From positions 1 through 50,437 of the forward strand of contig JAXLNO010006056.1 in assembly GCA_038087875.1 (NCBI GenBank): 50,437 bases of DNA, in the 5' to 3' direction. A model generated the notes under the pieces. It was given only the letters and a program-made list of their open reading frames with translations. It did not search any database and was not told the DNA's origin. The stretch comes from Malacoraja senta (taxonomy: Eukaryota). Shown one piece after another: positions 18,896-34,256 of this stretch (the first letter of the stretch is position 1; each line of letters starts with the position of its first letter). A program made the position numbers and the translations under genes.

Positions 18896-21800
18896 CTGAA
18901 TGGATTAAGTAATGCTACTATTACCGGAATAGATTTCTCAGGGTTAGAAATAAATAATAACAGATCATCTGCATAAAGAGATAGCTTATGTGTCTTATTC
19001 CCGCGGACAATACCAAAAATCTTAGGGGATTCCCTAATAGTAGTGGCTAAAGTTTCCAAAGCAATATCAAATAGTAAAGGACTTAAGGGACAGCCCTGTC
19101 TAGTACCTTGAAAGAGCCTGAAAAAAAGGGGATCTCTGATTTTTAGTAAATACAGAAGCCTGAGGTATAAGATATAGCAGTTTGATCCAAGAGATAAATT
19201 TTGGACCAATCTTAACTTTTTCAAGTATATTGAATAAGTATTCCATTCTACTCTATCAATAGCCTTCTCGGCATCAAGTGAGATGACACATTCTGGGGTT
19301 TATTAGACGCTGTATATACAATATTTATTAATCTCCTAACATTAAAGAATGAGTAACGATTTTTAATAAAACCTGTCTGATCTTCAGAGATAATTTGCGG
19401 TAAAATCTTTTCCAATCTCATAGGTTATATTTTGGAAAGAATTTTAAAATCTACATTTAACATTGATATAGGTCTATATGATGTCACTTCAGTAGGGTCT
19501 TTATCTTTTTTTTAAATTAAAGAAATAGAAGCTTCATAAAAAGATTGTGGTAATCTATTCCTTAAAAAGGCTTCTTTAAATACCTTGCATAGCCATGGAG
19601 ACAATAAATTTGAGAAATACTTTTAAAATTCTACTGTAAACCCATCTAAACTGGGAGCATTACCAGAATTCATTGAAAAAATTGCTTTCTGAATTTCTTC
19701 TTCCATGATGGGTTCATCTAACAACAGAGACTCATTGTATGGTAAATTTGGTAAGTTCAGTTTCTTTAAAAACTCATGCATTATATTGGAATCAGTAGGA
19801 AAATCTGATTGGTATAGGGAGGTATAAAATTCCTGAAAGGATTTATTAATTTCGTCATGGTCTACAGTTACTGTACCATCCCGTTTACTCACTTTAGTAA
19901 TCTGACGCTTGGCCGACACTGCCTCAATTGATTAGCAAGTAATTTTCGCCATTTATATAAAATTGACTTTTGGTTTTAAGTAACTGGTTCTCAATCGGTG
20001 ATACTAATAACAAATCATATCTCAATTGAAGTTCAACTCTATTCTTATAGAGCTCTAAACTAGGAGCTTTTGAATATTTTTTATCAATTTCTTTAATCTC
20101 GTCAGCCAATGTGCGTATTTCTTTTTGTGTTTGTTTTTTTAATCCCGCGGAGTATGAAATAATTTGTCCACGAATATATGCCTTAAAAGCATCCCAAACT
20201 ATACCATTGGATATCTCTTCATTAGAGTTTGTCAAGAAGTAAAAAGCAATCTGATCTTTCATAAACTTAATAAAGTTTAAGTCTTGAAGCAAAGTAGCAT
20301 TAAATCGCCATTGTTTAGCACTAAACTTGGAATCAGGTAGTTTGATCAATAGTTTCACAGGTGCATGATCAGAAATAGCAATTGTATCATACTCACATGC
20401 AATGACCGATGGAACTAGCCGAGAATCTAGTATAAAATAGTTGATCCTAGAATAACTATGGGAATAGAATACATGAGAGAAAAATGAAAATTATTTGTCA
20501 TTTGCGTGTAAGAATCTCCAAATTTCTAACATTCCCGAGTCAAGTAAAAAATAATTAATAAAATTAGCTGATTTATTTGGAAGCACATGATCAGATGTAG
20601 ACCTATCAATCGAGGGATTCAAACTGCAATTGAAGTCTCCACCCATTATTAAAAAGTGTTCATTTAAATTAGGAAAGGATGCAATTAACTGTTTAAAAAA
20701 CTCAGGGTGATCAATATTTGGTGCATAGACATTCACCATAGCGACTTTTTGCCTATAAAGGACACCGGTAATCACCAAGAATCTGCCATATGGATCAGAA
20801 ATTGTTTCATAGTGAACAAACGGAATTGAGGGGTCAATAAAAATAGAGACTCCTTTCACCTTAGCCTGTGAATTTGAATGAAACTGCTGTCCTCTCCAAA
20901 ACTTGAAAAATCGTGACTTGTCGTCTTGCCTTACATGAGTTTCCTGAACAAAGATAATCTGAGCATTTAGTCTGTGAAGAACTTTTTTTTTTAAATCCTC
21001 TTAATGGGATGGTTCAACCATTCACATTCCATGAAAGGAAATTAGTAAAGGCTCTGTCTTACCTGTTTGCGGTCATCGGCGGTGAAGCACGGCGTCGCCG
21101 GTAGCGGGGACCGCGTGGCAACGACGAGAGCGGCGAGCCTATCCACCGGAGCGCCGCACGGATGCTGCGCGGGGGCCGAGTAATTCAAACACGGCGGGTC
21201 CCACGTGCTTGCGGTAAATTAAAAAAAGGGCGGGCCGACTGCGATGACGTCGGCCCGCCGCACGTGACTCACGAGCGGCGGCTGTGGCGGCGGCCATCCT
21301 GATCGCGGCGCTGTAGCGGTGGCTGTGCCTGCGGCCGTGCAGCACACGTGCCTCACTGGCGGCGGCACGTGCCTCACTGGCGGAGGCTGTGGCAGTGGAG
21401 GTTTGACGCACGGCGCTCGAGCCACACTGGCGGCGGCCCGTGCGGGCGGCCGTGCCGCACTCGTGCGTCACTGGTGGAGGTTGTGCGGTGAGTATATAGT
21501 TTTCGACATTGTCGATTTTATTTTAGCACCGTGCGGTGTTGGGAACACCGCCGCACGGCCCCGGAATTGTACGTTCTCACGAGTGCGCGGTCTATGGCGG
21601 CAGATTCTTCCCGTTTCGCCGCCAATGACCGCAGACTCGTGAGACAGGCCTTTAACTTTATACATATTGCTTGTAAAAATCATGTGGGATGTAATGGGTT
21701 AATTTCTTGAAGCCTAAAAGTTCATAATACTGGAAGAAGAAAAATCTAGGGCGGAGTCAGAAGTGACGACATTACAGACAATTTTGTAGTTCAGAATTTG

Positions 21801-21968
21801 CACAAATGGAGATCACTAAATAGGGAACAAAAGACCCCTCCCCCTCCCCCTTCCCCCCTCCCACCCCTGTAGAACCCCAAACTGACCAAAAGACAGTCAG
21901 CAAACTACCTAATACCCTCCCCAATCCCATCTCTCCCAGTAACAGCGCTCAGCATAAAAAGAATAATA
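18896..21968 (-). repeat. Array unit 3 (MITE 21049-21652)
   Basis: Near-identical; 3073 bp. Confidence 0.95.
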
Positions 21969-24900
21969 CTGAATTGATTAAGTAATGCTACTATTACCGG
22001 AATAGATTTCTCAGGGTTAGAAATAAATAATAACAGATCATCTGCATAAAGAGATAGCTTATGTGTCTTATTCCCGCGGACAATACCAAAAATCTTAGGG
22101 GATTCCCTAATAGTAGTGGCTAAAGTTTCCAAAGCAATATCAAATAGTAAAGGACTTAAGGGACAGCCCTGTCTAGTACCTTGAAAGAGCCTGAAAAAAG
22201 GGGATCTCTGATTTTTAGTAAATACAGAAGCCTGAGGTATAAGATATAGCAGTTTGATCCAAGAGATAAATTTTGGACCAATCTTAACTTTTTCAAGTAT
22301 ATTGAATAAGTATTCCATTCTACTCTATCAATAGCCTTCTCGGCATCAAGTGAGATGACACATTCTGGGGTTTATTAGACGCTGTATATACAATATTTAT
22401 TAATCTCCTAACATTAAAGAATGAGTAACGATTTTTAATAAAACCTGTCTGATCTTCAGAGATAATTTGCGGTAAAATCTTTTCCAATCTCATAGGTTAT
22501 ATTTTGGAAAGAATTTTAAAATCTACATTTAACATTGATATAGGTCTATATGATGTCACTTCAGTAGGGTCTTTATCTTTTTTTTAAATTAAAGAAATAG
22601 AAGCTTCATAAAAAGATTGTGGTAATCTATTCCTTAAAAAGGCTTCTTTAAATACCTTGCATAGCCATGGAGACAATAAATTTGAGAAATACTTTTAAAA
22701 TTCTACTGTAAACCCATCTAAACTGGGAGCATTACCAGAATTCATTGAAAAAATTGCTTTCTGAATTTCTTCTTCCATGATGGGTTCATCTAACAACAGA
22801 GACTCATTGTATGGTAAATTTGGTAAGTTCAGTTTCTTTAAAAACTCATGCATTATATTGGAATCAGTAGGAAAATCTGATTGGTATAGGGAGGTATAAA
22901 ATTCCTGAAAGGATTTATTAATTTCGTCATGGTCTACAGTTACTGTACCATCCCGTTTACTCACTTTAGTAATCTGACGCTTGGCCGACACTGCCTCAAT
23001 TGATTAGCAAGTAATTTTCGCCATTTATATAAAATTGACTTTTGGTTTTAAGTAACTGGTTCTCAATCGGTGATACTAATAACAAATCATATCTCAATTG
23101 AAGTTCAACTCTATTCTTATAGAGCTCTAAACTAGGAGCTTTTGAATATTTTTTATCAATTTCTTTAATCTCGTCAGCCAATGTGCGTATTTCTTTTTGT
23201 GTTTGTTTTTTTAATCCCGCGGAGTATGAAATAATTTGTCCACGAATATATGCCTTAAAAGCATCCCAAACTATACCATTGGATATCTCTTCATTAGAGT
23301 TTGTCAAGAAGTAAAAAGCAATCTGATCTTTCATAAACTTAATAAAGTTTAAGTCTTGAAGCAAAGTAGCGTTAAATCGCCATTGTTTAGCACTAAACTT
23401 GGAATCAGGTAGTTTGATCAATAGTTTCACAGGTGCATGATCAGAAATAGCAATTGTATCATACTCACATGCAATGACCGATGGAACTAGCCGAGAATCT
23501 AGTATAAAATAGTTGATCCTAGAATAACTATGGGAATATAATACATGAGAGAAAAATGAAAATTATTTGTCATTTGCGTGTAAGAATCTCCAAATTTCTA
23601 ACATTCCCGAGTCAAGTAAAAAATAATTAATAAAATTAGCTGATTTATTTGGAAGCACATGATCAGATGTAGACCTATCAATCGAGGGATTCAAACTGCA
23701 ATTGAAGTCTCCACCCATTATTAAAAAGTGTTCATTTAAATTAGGAAAGGATGCAATTAACTGTTTAAAAAACTCAGGGTGATCAATATTTGGTGCATAG
23801 ACATTCACCATAGCGACTTTTTGCCTATAAAGGACACCGGTAATCACCAAGAATCTGCCATATGGATCAGAAATTGTTTCATAGTGAACAAACGGAATTG
23901 AGGGGTCAATAAAAATAGAGACTCCTTTCACCTTAGCCTGTGAATTTGAATGAAACTGCTGTCCTCTCCAAAACTTGAAAAATCGTGACTTGTCGTCTTG
24001 CCTTACATGAGTTTCCTGAACAAAGATAATCTGAGCATTTAGTCTGTGAAGAACCTTTTTTTTTAAATCCTCTTAATGGGATGGTTCAACCATTCACATT
24101 CCATGAAAGGAAATTAGTAAAGGCTCTGTCTTACCTGTTTGCGGTCATCGGCGGTGAAGCACGGCGTCGCCGGTAGCGGGGACCGCGTGGCAACGACGAG
24201 AGCGGCGAGCCTATCCACCGGAGCGCCGCACGGATGCTGCGCGGGGGCCGAGTAATTCAAACACGGCGGGTCCCACGTGCTTGCGGTAAATTAAAAAAAG
24301 GGCGGGCCGACTGCGATGACGTCGGCCCGCCGCACGTGACTCACGAGCGGCGGCTGTGGCGGCGGCCATCCTGATCGCGGCGCTGTAGCGGTGGCTGTGC
24401 CTGCGGCCGTGCAGCACACGTGCCTCACTGGCGGCGGCACGTGCCTCACTGGCGGAGGCTGTGGCAGTGGAGGTTTGACGCACGGCGCTCGAGCCACACT
24501 GGCGGCGGCCCGTGCGGGCGGCCGTGCCGCACTCGTGCGTCACTGGTGGAGGTTGTGCGGTGAGTATATAGTTTTCGACATTGTCGATTTTATTTTAGCA
24601 CCGTGCGGTGTTGGGAACACCGCCGCACGGCCCCGGAATTGTACGTTCTCACGAGTGCGCGGTCTATGGCGGCAGATTCTTCCCGTTTCGCCGCCAATGA
24701 CCGCAGACTCGTGAGACAGGCCTTTAACTTTATACATATTGCTTGTAAAAATCATGTGGGATGTAATGGGTTAATTTCTTGAAGCCTAAAAGTTCATAAT
24801 ACTGGAAGAAGAAAAATCTAGGGCGGAGTCAGAAGTGACGACATTACAGACAATTTTGTAGTTCAGAATTTGCACAAATGGAGATCACTAAATAGGGAAC

Positions 24901-25040
24901 AAAAGACCCCTCCCCCTCCCCCTTCCCCCCTCCCACCCCTGTAGAACCCCAAACTGACCAATAGACAGTCAGCAAACTACCTAATACCCTCCCCAATCCC
25001 ATCTCTCCCAGTAACAGCGCTCAGCATAAAAAGAATAATA
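21969..25040 (-). repeat. Array unit 4 (MITE 24121-24724)
   Basis: Near-identical; 3072 bp. Confidence 0.95.
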
Positions 25041-28000
25041 CTGAATTGATTAAGTAATGCTACTATTACCGGAATAGATTTCTCAGGGTTAGAAATAAAT
25101 AATAACAGATCATCTGCATAAAGAGATAGCTTATGTGTCTTATTCCCGCGGACAATACCAAAAATCTTAGGGGATTCCCTAATAGTAGTGGCTAAAGTTT
25201 CCAAAGCAATATCAAATAGTAAAGGACTTAAGGGACAGCCCTGTCTAGTACCTTGAAAGAGCCTGAAAAAAGGGGATCTCTGATTTTTAGTAAATACAGA
25301 AGCCTGAGGTATAAGATATAGCAGTTTGATCCAAGAGATAAATTTTGGACCAATCTTAACTTTTTCAAGTATATTGAATAAGTATTCCATTCTACTCTAT
25401 CAATAGCCTTCTCGGCATCAAGTGAGATGACACATTCTGGGGTTTATTAGACGCTGTATATACAATATTTATTAATCTCCTAACATTAAAGAATGAGTAA
25501 CGATTTTTAATAAAACCTGTCTGATCTTCAGAGATAATTTGCGGTAAAATCTTTTCCAATCTCATAGGTAATATTTTGGAAAGAATTTTAAAATCTACAT
25601 TTAACATTGATATAGGTCTATATGATGTCACTTCAGTAGGGTCTGTATCTTTTTTTTAAATTAAAGAAATAGAAGCTTCATAAAAAGATTGTGGTAATCT
25701 ATTCCTTAAAAAGGCTTCTTTAAATACCTTGCATAGCCATGGAGACAATAAATTTGAGAAATACTTTTAAAATTCTACTGTAAACCCATCTAAACTGGGA
25801 GCATTACCAGAATTCATTGAAAAAATTGCTTTCTGAATTTCTTCTTCCATGATGGGTTCATCTAACAACAGAGACTCATTGTATGGTAAATTTGGTAAGT
25901 TCAGTTTCTTTAAAAACTCATGCATTATATTGGAATCAGTAGGAAAATCTGATTGGTATAGGGAGGTATAAAATTCCTGAAAGGATTTATTAATTTCGTC
26001 ATGGTCTACAGTTACTGTACCATCCCGTTTACTCACTTTAGTAATCTGACGCTTGGCCGACACTGCCTCAATTGATTAGCAAGTAATTTTCGCCATTTAT
26101 ATAAAATTGACTTTTGGTTTTAAGTAACTGGTTCTCAATCGGTGATACTAATAACAAATCATATCTCAATTGAAGTTCAACTCTATTCTTATAGAGCTCT
26201 AAACTAGGAGCTTTTGAATATTTTTTATCAATTTCTTTAATCTCGTCAGCCAATGTGCGTATTTCTTTTTGTGTTTGTTTTTTTAATCCCGCGGAGTATG
26301 AAATAATTTGTCCACGAATATATGCCTTAAAAGCATCCCAAACTATACCATTGGATATCTCTTCATTAGAGTTTGTCAAGAAGTAAAAAGCAATCTGATC
26401 TTTCATAAACTTAATAAAGTTTAAGTCTTGAAGCAAAGTAGCATTAAATCGCCATTGTTTAGCACTAAACTTGGAATCAGGTAGTTTGATCAATAGTTTC
26501 ACAGGTGCATGATCAGAAATAGCAATTGTATCATACTCACATGCAATGACCGATGGAACTAGCCGAGAATCTAGTATAAAATAGTTGATCCTAGAATAAC
26601 TATGGGAATAGAATACATGAGAGAAAAATGAAAATTATTTGTCATTTGCGTGTAAGAATCTCCAAATTTCTAACATTCCCGAGTCAAGTAAAAAATAATT
26701 AATAAAATTAGCTGATTTATTTGGAAGCACATGATCAGATGTAGACCTATCAATCGAGGGATTCAAACTGCAATTGAAGTCTCCACCCATTTTTAAAAAG
26801 TGTTCATTTAAATTAGGAAAGGATGCAATTAACTGTTTAAAACACTCAGGGTGATCAATATTTGGTGCATAGACATTCACCATAGCGACTTTTTGCCTAT
26901 AAAGGACACCGGTAATCACCAAGAATCTGCCATATGGATCAGAAATTGTTTCATAGTGAACAAACGGAATTGAGGGGTCAATAAAAATAGAGACTCCTTT
27001 CACCTTAGCCTGTGAATTTGAATGAAACTGCTGTCCTCTCCAAAACTTGAAAAATCGTGACTTGTCTTCTTGCCTTACATGAGTTTCCTGAACAAAGATA
27101 ATCTGAGCATTTAGTCTGTGAAGAACTTTTTTTTTTAAATCCTCTTAATGGGATGGTTCAACCATTCACATTCCATGAAAGGAAATTAGTAAAGGCTCTG
27201 TCTTACCTGTTTGCGGTCATCGGCGGTGAAGCACGGCGTCGCCGGTAGCGGGGACCGCGTGGCAACGACGAGAGCGGCGAGCCTATTCACCGGAGCGCCG
27301 CACGGATGCTGCGCGGGGGCCGAGTAATTCAAACACGGCGGGTCCCACGTGCTTGCGGTAAATTAAAAAAAGGGCGGGCCGACTGCGATGACGTCGGCCC
27401 GCCGCACGTGACTCACGAGCGGCGGCTGTGGCGGCGGCCATCCTGATCGCGGCGCTGTAGCGGTGGCTGTGCCTGCGGCCGTGCAGCACACGTGCCTCAC
27501 TGGCGGCGGCACGTGCCTCACTGGCGGAGGCTGTGGCAGTGGAGGTTTGACGCACGGCGCTCGAGCCACACTGGCGGCGGCCCGTGCGGGCGGCCGTGCC
27601 GCACTCGTGCGTCACTGGTGGAGGTTGTGCGGTGAGTATATAGTTTTCGACATTGTCGATTTTATTTTAGCACCGTGCGGTGTTGGGAACACCGCCGCAC
27701 GGCCCCGGAATTGTACGTTCTCACGAGTGCGCGGTCTATGGCGGCAGATTCTTCCCGTTTCGCCGCCAATGACCGCAGACTCGTGAGACAGGCCTTTAAC
27801 TTTATACATATTGCTTGTAAAAATCATGTGGGATGTAATGGGTTAATTTCTTGAAGCCTAAAAGTTCATAATACTGGAAGAAGAAAAATCTAGGGCGGAG
27901 TCAGAAGTGACGACATTACAGACAATTTTGTAGTTCAGAATTTGCACAAATGGAGATCACTAAATAGGGAACAAAAGACCCCTCCCCCTCCCCCTTCCCC

Positions 28001-28112
28001 CCTCCCACCCCTGTAGAACCCCAAACTGACCAAAAGACAGTCAGCAAACTACCTAATACCCTCCCCAATCCCATCTCTCCCAGTAACAGCGCTCAGCATA
28101 AAAAGAATAATA
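25041..28112 (-). repeat. Array unit 5 (MITE 27193-27796)
   Basis: 3072 bp; shares the PECF/LKMGG variants with unit 7. Confidence 0.95.
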
Positions 28113-31100
28113 CTGAATTGATTAAGTAATGCTACTATTACCGGAATAGATTTCTCAGGGTTAGAAATAAATAATAACAGATCATCTGCATAAAGAGATA
28201 GCTTATGTGTCTTATTCCCGCGGACAATACCAAAAATCTTAGGGGATTCCCTAATAGTAGTGGCTAAAGTTTCCAAAGCAATATCAAATAGTAAAGGACT
28301 TAAGGGACAGCCCTGTCTAGTACCTTGAAAGAGCCTGAAAAAAGGGGATCTCTGATTTTTAGTAAATACAGAAGCCTGAGGTATAAGATATAGCAGTTTG
28401 ATCCAAGAGATAAATTTTGGACCAATCTTAACTTTTTCAAGTATATGGAATAAGTATTCCATTCTACTCTATCAATAGCCTTCTCGGCATCAAGTGAGAT
28501 GACACATTCTGGGGTTTATTAGACGCTGTATATACAATATTTATTAATCTCCTAACATTAAAGAATGAGTAACGATTTTTAATAAAACCTGTCTGATCTT
28601 CAGAGATAATTTGCGGTAAAATCTTTTCCAATCTCATAGGTTATATTTTGGAAAGAATTTTAAAATCTACATTTAACATTGATATAGGTCTATATGATGT
28701 CACTTCAGTAGGGTCTTTATCTTTTTTTTAAATTAAAGAAATAGAAGCTTCATAAAAAGATTGTGGTAATCTATTCCTTAAAAAGGCTTCTTTAAATACC
28801 TTGCATAGCCATGGAGACAATAAATTTGAGAAATACTTTTAAAATTCTACTGTAAACCCATCTAAACTGGGAGCATTACCAGAATTCATTGAAAAAATTG
28901 CTTTCTGAATTTCTTCTTCCATGATGGGTTCATCTAACAACAGAGACTCATTGTATGGTAAATTTGGTAAGTTCAGTTTCTTTAAAAACTCATGCATTAT
29001 ATTGGAATCAGTAGGAAAATCTGATTGGTATAGGGAGGTATAAAATTCCTGAAAGGATTTATTAATTTCGTCATGGTCTACAGTTACTGTACCATCCCGT
29101 TTACTCACTTTAGTAATCTGACGCTTGGCCGACACTGCCTCAATTGATTAGCAAGTAATTTTCGCCATATATATAAAATTGACTTTTGGTTTTAAGTAAC
29201 TGGTTCTCAATCGGTGATACTAATAACAAATCATATCTCAATTGAAGTTCAACTCTATTCTTATAGAGCTCTAAACTAGGAGCTTTTGAATATTTTTTAT
29301 CAATTTCTTTAATCTCGTCAGCCAATGTGCGTATTTCTTTTTGTGTTTGTTTTTTTAATCCCGCGGAGTATGAAATAATTTGTCCACGAATATATGCCTT
29401 AAAAGCATCCCAAACTATACCATTGGATATCTCTTCATTAGAGTTTGTCAAGAAGTAAAAAGCAATCTGATCTTTCATAAACTTAATAAAGTTTAAGTCT
29501 TGAAGCAAAGTAGCATTAAATCGCCATTGTTTAGCACTAAACTTGGAATCAGGTAGTTTGATCAATAGTTTCACAGGTGCATGATCAGAAATAGCAATTG
29601 TATCATACTCACATGCAATGACCGATGGAACTAGCCGAGAATCTAGTATAAAATAGTTGATCCTAGAATAACTATGGGAATAGAATACATGAGAGAAAAA
29701 TGAAAATTATTTGTCATTTGCGTGTAAGAATCTCCAAATTTCTAACATTCCCGAGTCAAGTAAAAAATAATTAATAAAATTAGCTGATTTATTTGGAAGC
29801 ACATGATCAGATGTAGACCTATCAATCGAGGGATTCAAACTGCAATTGAAGTCTCCACCCATTATTAAAAAGTGTTCATTTAAATTAGGAAAGGATGCAA
29901 TTAACTGTTTAAAAAACTCAGGGTGATCAATATTTGGTGCATAGACATTCACCATAGCGACTTTTTGCCTATAAAAGACACCGGTAATCACCAAGAATCT
30001 GCCATATGGATCAGAAATTGTTTCATAGTGAACAAACGGAATTGAGGGGTCAATAAAAATAGAGACTCCTTTCACCTTAGCCTGTGAATTTGAATGAAAC
30101 TGCTGTCCTCTCCAAAACTTGAAAAATCGTGACTTTACGTCTTGCCTTACATGAGTTTCCTGAACAAAGATAATCTGAGCATTTAGTCTGTGAAGAACTT
30201 TTTTTTTTAAATCCTCTTAATGGGATGGTTCAACCATTCACATTCCATGAAAGGAAATTAGTAAAGGCTCTGTCTTACCTGTTTGCGGTCATCGGCGGTG
30301 AAGCACGGCGTCGCCGGTAGCGGGGACCGCGTGGCAACGACGAGAGCGGCGAGCCTATCCACCGGAGCGCCGCACGGATGCTGCGCGGGGGCCGAGTAAT
30401 TCAAACACGGCGGGTCCCACGTGCTTGTGGTAAATTAAAAAAAGGGCGGGCCGACTGCGATGACGTCGGCCCGCCGCACGTGACTCACGAGCGGCGGCTG
30501 TGGCGGCGGCCATCCTGATCGCGGCGCTGTAGCGGTGGCTGTGCCTGCGGCCGTGCAGCACACGTGCCTCACTGGCGGCGGCACGTGCCTCACTGGCGGA
30601 GGCTGTGGCAGTGGAGGTTTGACGCACGGCGCTCGAGCCACACTGGCGGCGGCCCGTGCGGGCGGCCGTGCCGCACTCGTGCGTCACTGGTGGAGGTTGT
30701 GCGGTGAGTATATAGTTTTCGACATTGTCGATTTTATTTTAGCACCGTGCGGTGTTGGGAACACCGCCGCACGGCCCCGGAATTGTACGTTCTCACGAGT
30801 GCGCGGTCTATGGCGGCAGATTCTTCCCGTTTCGCCGCCAATGACCGCAGACTCGTGAGACAGGCCTTTAACTTTATACATATTGCTTGTAAAAATCATG
30901 TGGGATGTAATGGGTTAATTTCTTGAAGCCTAAAAGTTCATAATACTGGAAGAAGAAAAATCTAGGGCGGAGTCAGAAGTGACGACATTACAGACAATTT
31001 TGTAGTTCAGAATTTGCACAAATGGAGATCACTAAATAGGGAACAAAAGACCCCTCCCCCTCCCCCTTCCCCCCTCCCACCCCTGTAGAACCCCAAACTG

Positions 31101-31184
31101 ACCAAAAGACAGTCAGCAAACTACCTAATACCCTCCCCAATCCCATCTCTCCCAGTAACAGCGCTCAGCATAAAAAGAATAATA
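28113..31184 (-). repeat. Array unit 6 (MITE 30265-30868)
   Basis: 3072 bp; shares the YIYGEN variant with unit 8. Confidence 0.95.
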
Positions 31185-34100
31185 CTGAATTGATTAAGTA
31201 ATGCTACTATTACCGGAATAGATTTCTCAGGGTTAGAAATAAATAATAACAGATCATCTGCATAAAGAGATAGCTTATGTGTCTTATTCCCGCGGACAAT
31301 ACCAAAAATCTTAGGGGATTCCCTAATAGTAGTGGCTAAAGTTTCCAAAGCAATATCAAATAGTAAAGGACTTAAGGGACAGCCCTGTCTAGTACCTTGA
31401 AAGAGCCTGAAAAAAGGGGATCTCTGATTTTTAGTAAATACAGAAGCCTGAGGTATAAGATATAGCAGTTTGATCCAAGAGATAAATTTTGGACCAATCT
31501 TAACTTTTTCAAGTATATTGAATAAGTATTCCATTCTACTCTATCAATAGCCTTCTCGGCATCAAGTGAGATGACACATTCTGGGGTTTATTAGACGCTG
31601 TATATACAATATTTATTAATCTCCTAACATTAAAGAATGAGTAACGATTTTTAATAAAACCTGTCTGATCTTCAGAGATAATTTGCGGTAAAATCTTTTC
31701 CAATCTCATAGGTAATATTTTGGAAAGAATTTTAAAATCTACATTTAACATTGATATAGGTCTATATGATGTCACTTCAGTAGGGTCTTTATCTTTTTTT
31801 TAAATTAAAGAAATAGAAGCTTCATAAAAAGATTGTGGTAATCTATTCCTTAAAAAGGCTTCTTTAAATACCTTGCATAGCCATGGAGACAATAAATTTG
31901 AGAAATACTTTTAAAATTCTACTGTAAACCCATCTAAACTGGGAGCATTACCAGAATTCATTGAAAAAATTGCTTTCTGAATTTCTTCTTCCATGATGGG
32001 TTCATCTAACAACAGAGACTCATTGTATGGTAAATTTGGTAAGTTCAGTTTCTTTAAAAACTCATGCATTATATTGGAATCAGTAGGAAAATCTGATTGG
32101 TATAGGGAGGTATAAAATTCCTGAAAGGATTTATTAATTTCGTCATGGTCTACAGTTACTGTACCATCCCGTTTACTCACTTTAGTAATCTGACGCTTGG
32201 CCGACACTGCCTCAATTGATTAGCAAGTAATTTTCGCCATTTATATAAAATTGACTTTTGGTTTTAAGTAACTGGTTCTCAATCGGTGATACTAATAACA
32301 AATCATATCTCAATTGAAGTTCAACTCTATTCTTATAGAGCTCTAAACTAGGAGCTTTTGAATATTTTTTATCAATTTCTTTAATCTCGTCAGCCAATGT
32401 GCGTATTTCTTTTTGTGTTTGTTTTTTTAATCCCGCGGAGTATGAAATAATTTGTCCACGAATATATGCCTTAAAAGCATCCCAAACTATACCATTGGAT
32501 ATCTCTTCATTAGAGTTTGTCAAGAAGTAAAAAGCAATCTGATCTTTCATAAACTTAATAAAGTTTAAGTCTTGAAGCAAAGTAGCATTAAATCGCCATT
32601 GTTTAGCACTAAACTTGGAATCAGGTAGTTTGATCAATAGTTTCACAGGTGCATGATCAGAAATAGCAATTGTATCATACTCACATGCAATGACCGATGG
32701 AACTAGCCGAGAATCTAGTATAAAATAGTTGATCCTAGAATAACTATGGGAATAGAATACATGAGAGAAAAATGAAAATTATTTGTCATTTGCGTGTAAG
32801 AATCTCCAAATTTCTAACATTCCCGAGTCAAGTAAAAAATAATTAATAAAATTAGCTGATTTATTTGGAAGCACATGATCAGATGTAGACCTATCAATCG
32901 AGGGATTCAAACTGCAATTGAAGTCTCCACCCATTTTTAAAAAGTGTTCATTTAAATTAGGAAAGGATGCAATTAACTGTTTAAAACACTCAGGGTGATC
33001 AATATTTGGTGCATAGACATTCACCATAGCGACTTTTTGCCTATAAAGGACACCGGTAATCACCAAGAATCTGCCATATGGATCAGAAATTGTTTCATAG
33101 TGAACAAACGGAATTGAGGGGTCAATAAAAATAGAGACTCCTTTCACCTTAGCCTGTGAATTTGAATGAAACTGCTGTCCTCTCCAAAACTTGAAAAATC
33201 GTGACTTGTCGTCTTGCCTTACATGAGTTTCCTGAACAAAGATAATCTGAGCATTTAGTCTGTGAAGAACTTTTTTTTTAAAATCCTCTTAATGGGATGG
33301 TTCAACCATTCACATTCCATGAAAGGAAATTAGTAAAGGCTCTGTCTTACCTGTTTGCGGTCATCGGCGGTGAAGCACGGCGTCGCCGGTAGCGGGGACC
33401 GCGTGGCAACGACGAGAGCGGCGAGCCTATCCACCGGAGCGCCGCACGGATGCTGCGCGGGGGCCGAGTAATTCAAACACGGCGGGTCCCACGTGCTTGC
33501 GGTAAATTTAAAAAAGGGCGGGCCGACTGCGATGACGTCGGCGCGCCGCACGTGACTCACGAGCGGCGGCTGTGGCGGCGGCCATCCTGATCGCGGCGCT
33601 GTAGCGGTGGCTGTGCCTGCGGCCGTGCAGCACACGTGCCTCACTGGCGGCGGCACGTGCCTCACTGGCGGAGGCTGTGGCAGTGGAGGTTTGACGCACG
33701 GCGCTCGAGCCACACTGGCGGCGGCCCGTGCGGGCGGCCGTGCCGCACTCGTGCGTCACTGGTGGAGGTTGTGCGGTGAGTATATAGTTTTCGACATTGT
33801 CGATTTTATTTTAGCACCGTGCGGTGTTGGGAACACCGCCGCACGGCCCCGGAATTGTACGTTCTCACGAGTGCGCGGTCTATGGCGGCAGATTCTTCCC
33901 GTTTCGCCGCCAATGACCGCAGACTCGTGAGACAGGCCTTTAACTTTATACATATTGCTTGTAAAAATCATGTGGGATGTAATGGGTTAATTTCTTGAAG
34001 CCTAAAAGTTCATAATACTGGAAGAAGAAAAATCTAGGGCGGAGTCAGAAGTGACGACATTACAGACAATTTTGTAGTTCAGAATTTGCACAAATGGAGA

Positions 34101-34256
34101 TCACTAAATAGGGAACAAAAGACCCCTCCCCCTCCCCCTTCCCCCCTCCCACCCCTGTAGAACCCCAAACTGACCAAAAGACAGTCAGCAAACTACCTAA
34201 TACCCTCCCCAATCCCATCTCTCCCAGTAACAGCGCTCAGCATAAAAAGAATAATA
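31185..34256 (-). repeat. Array unit 7 (MITE 33337-33940)
   Basis: 3072 bp; shares variants with unit 5. Confidence 0.95.
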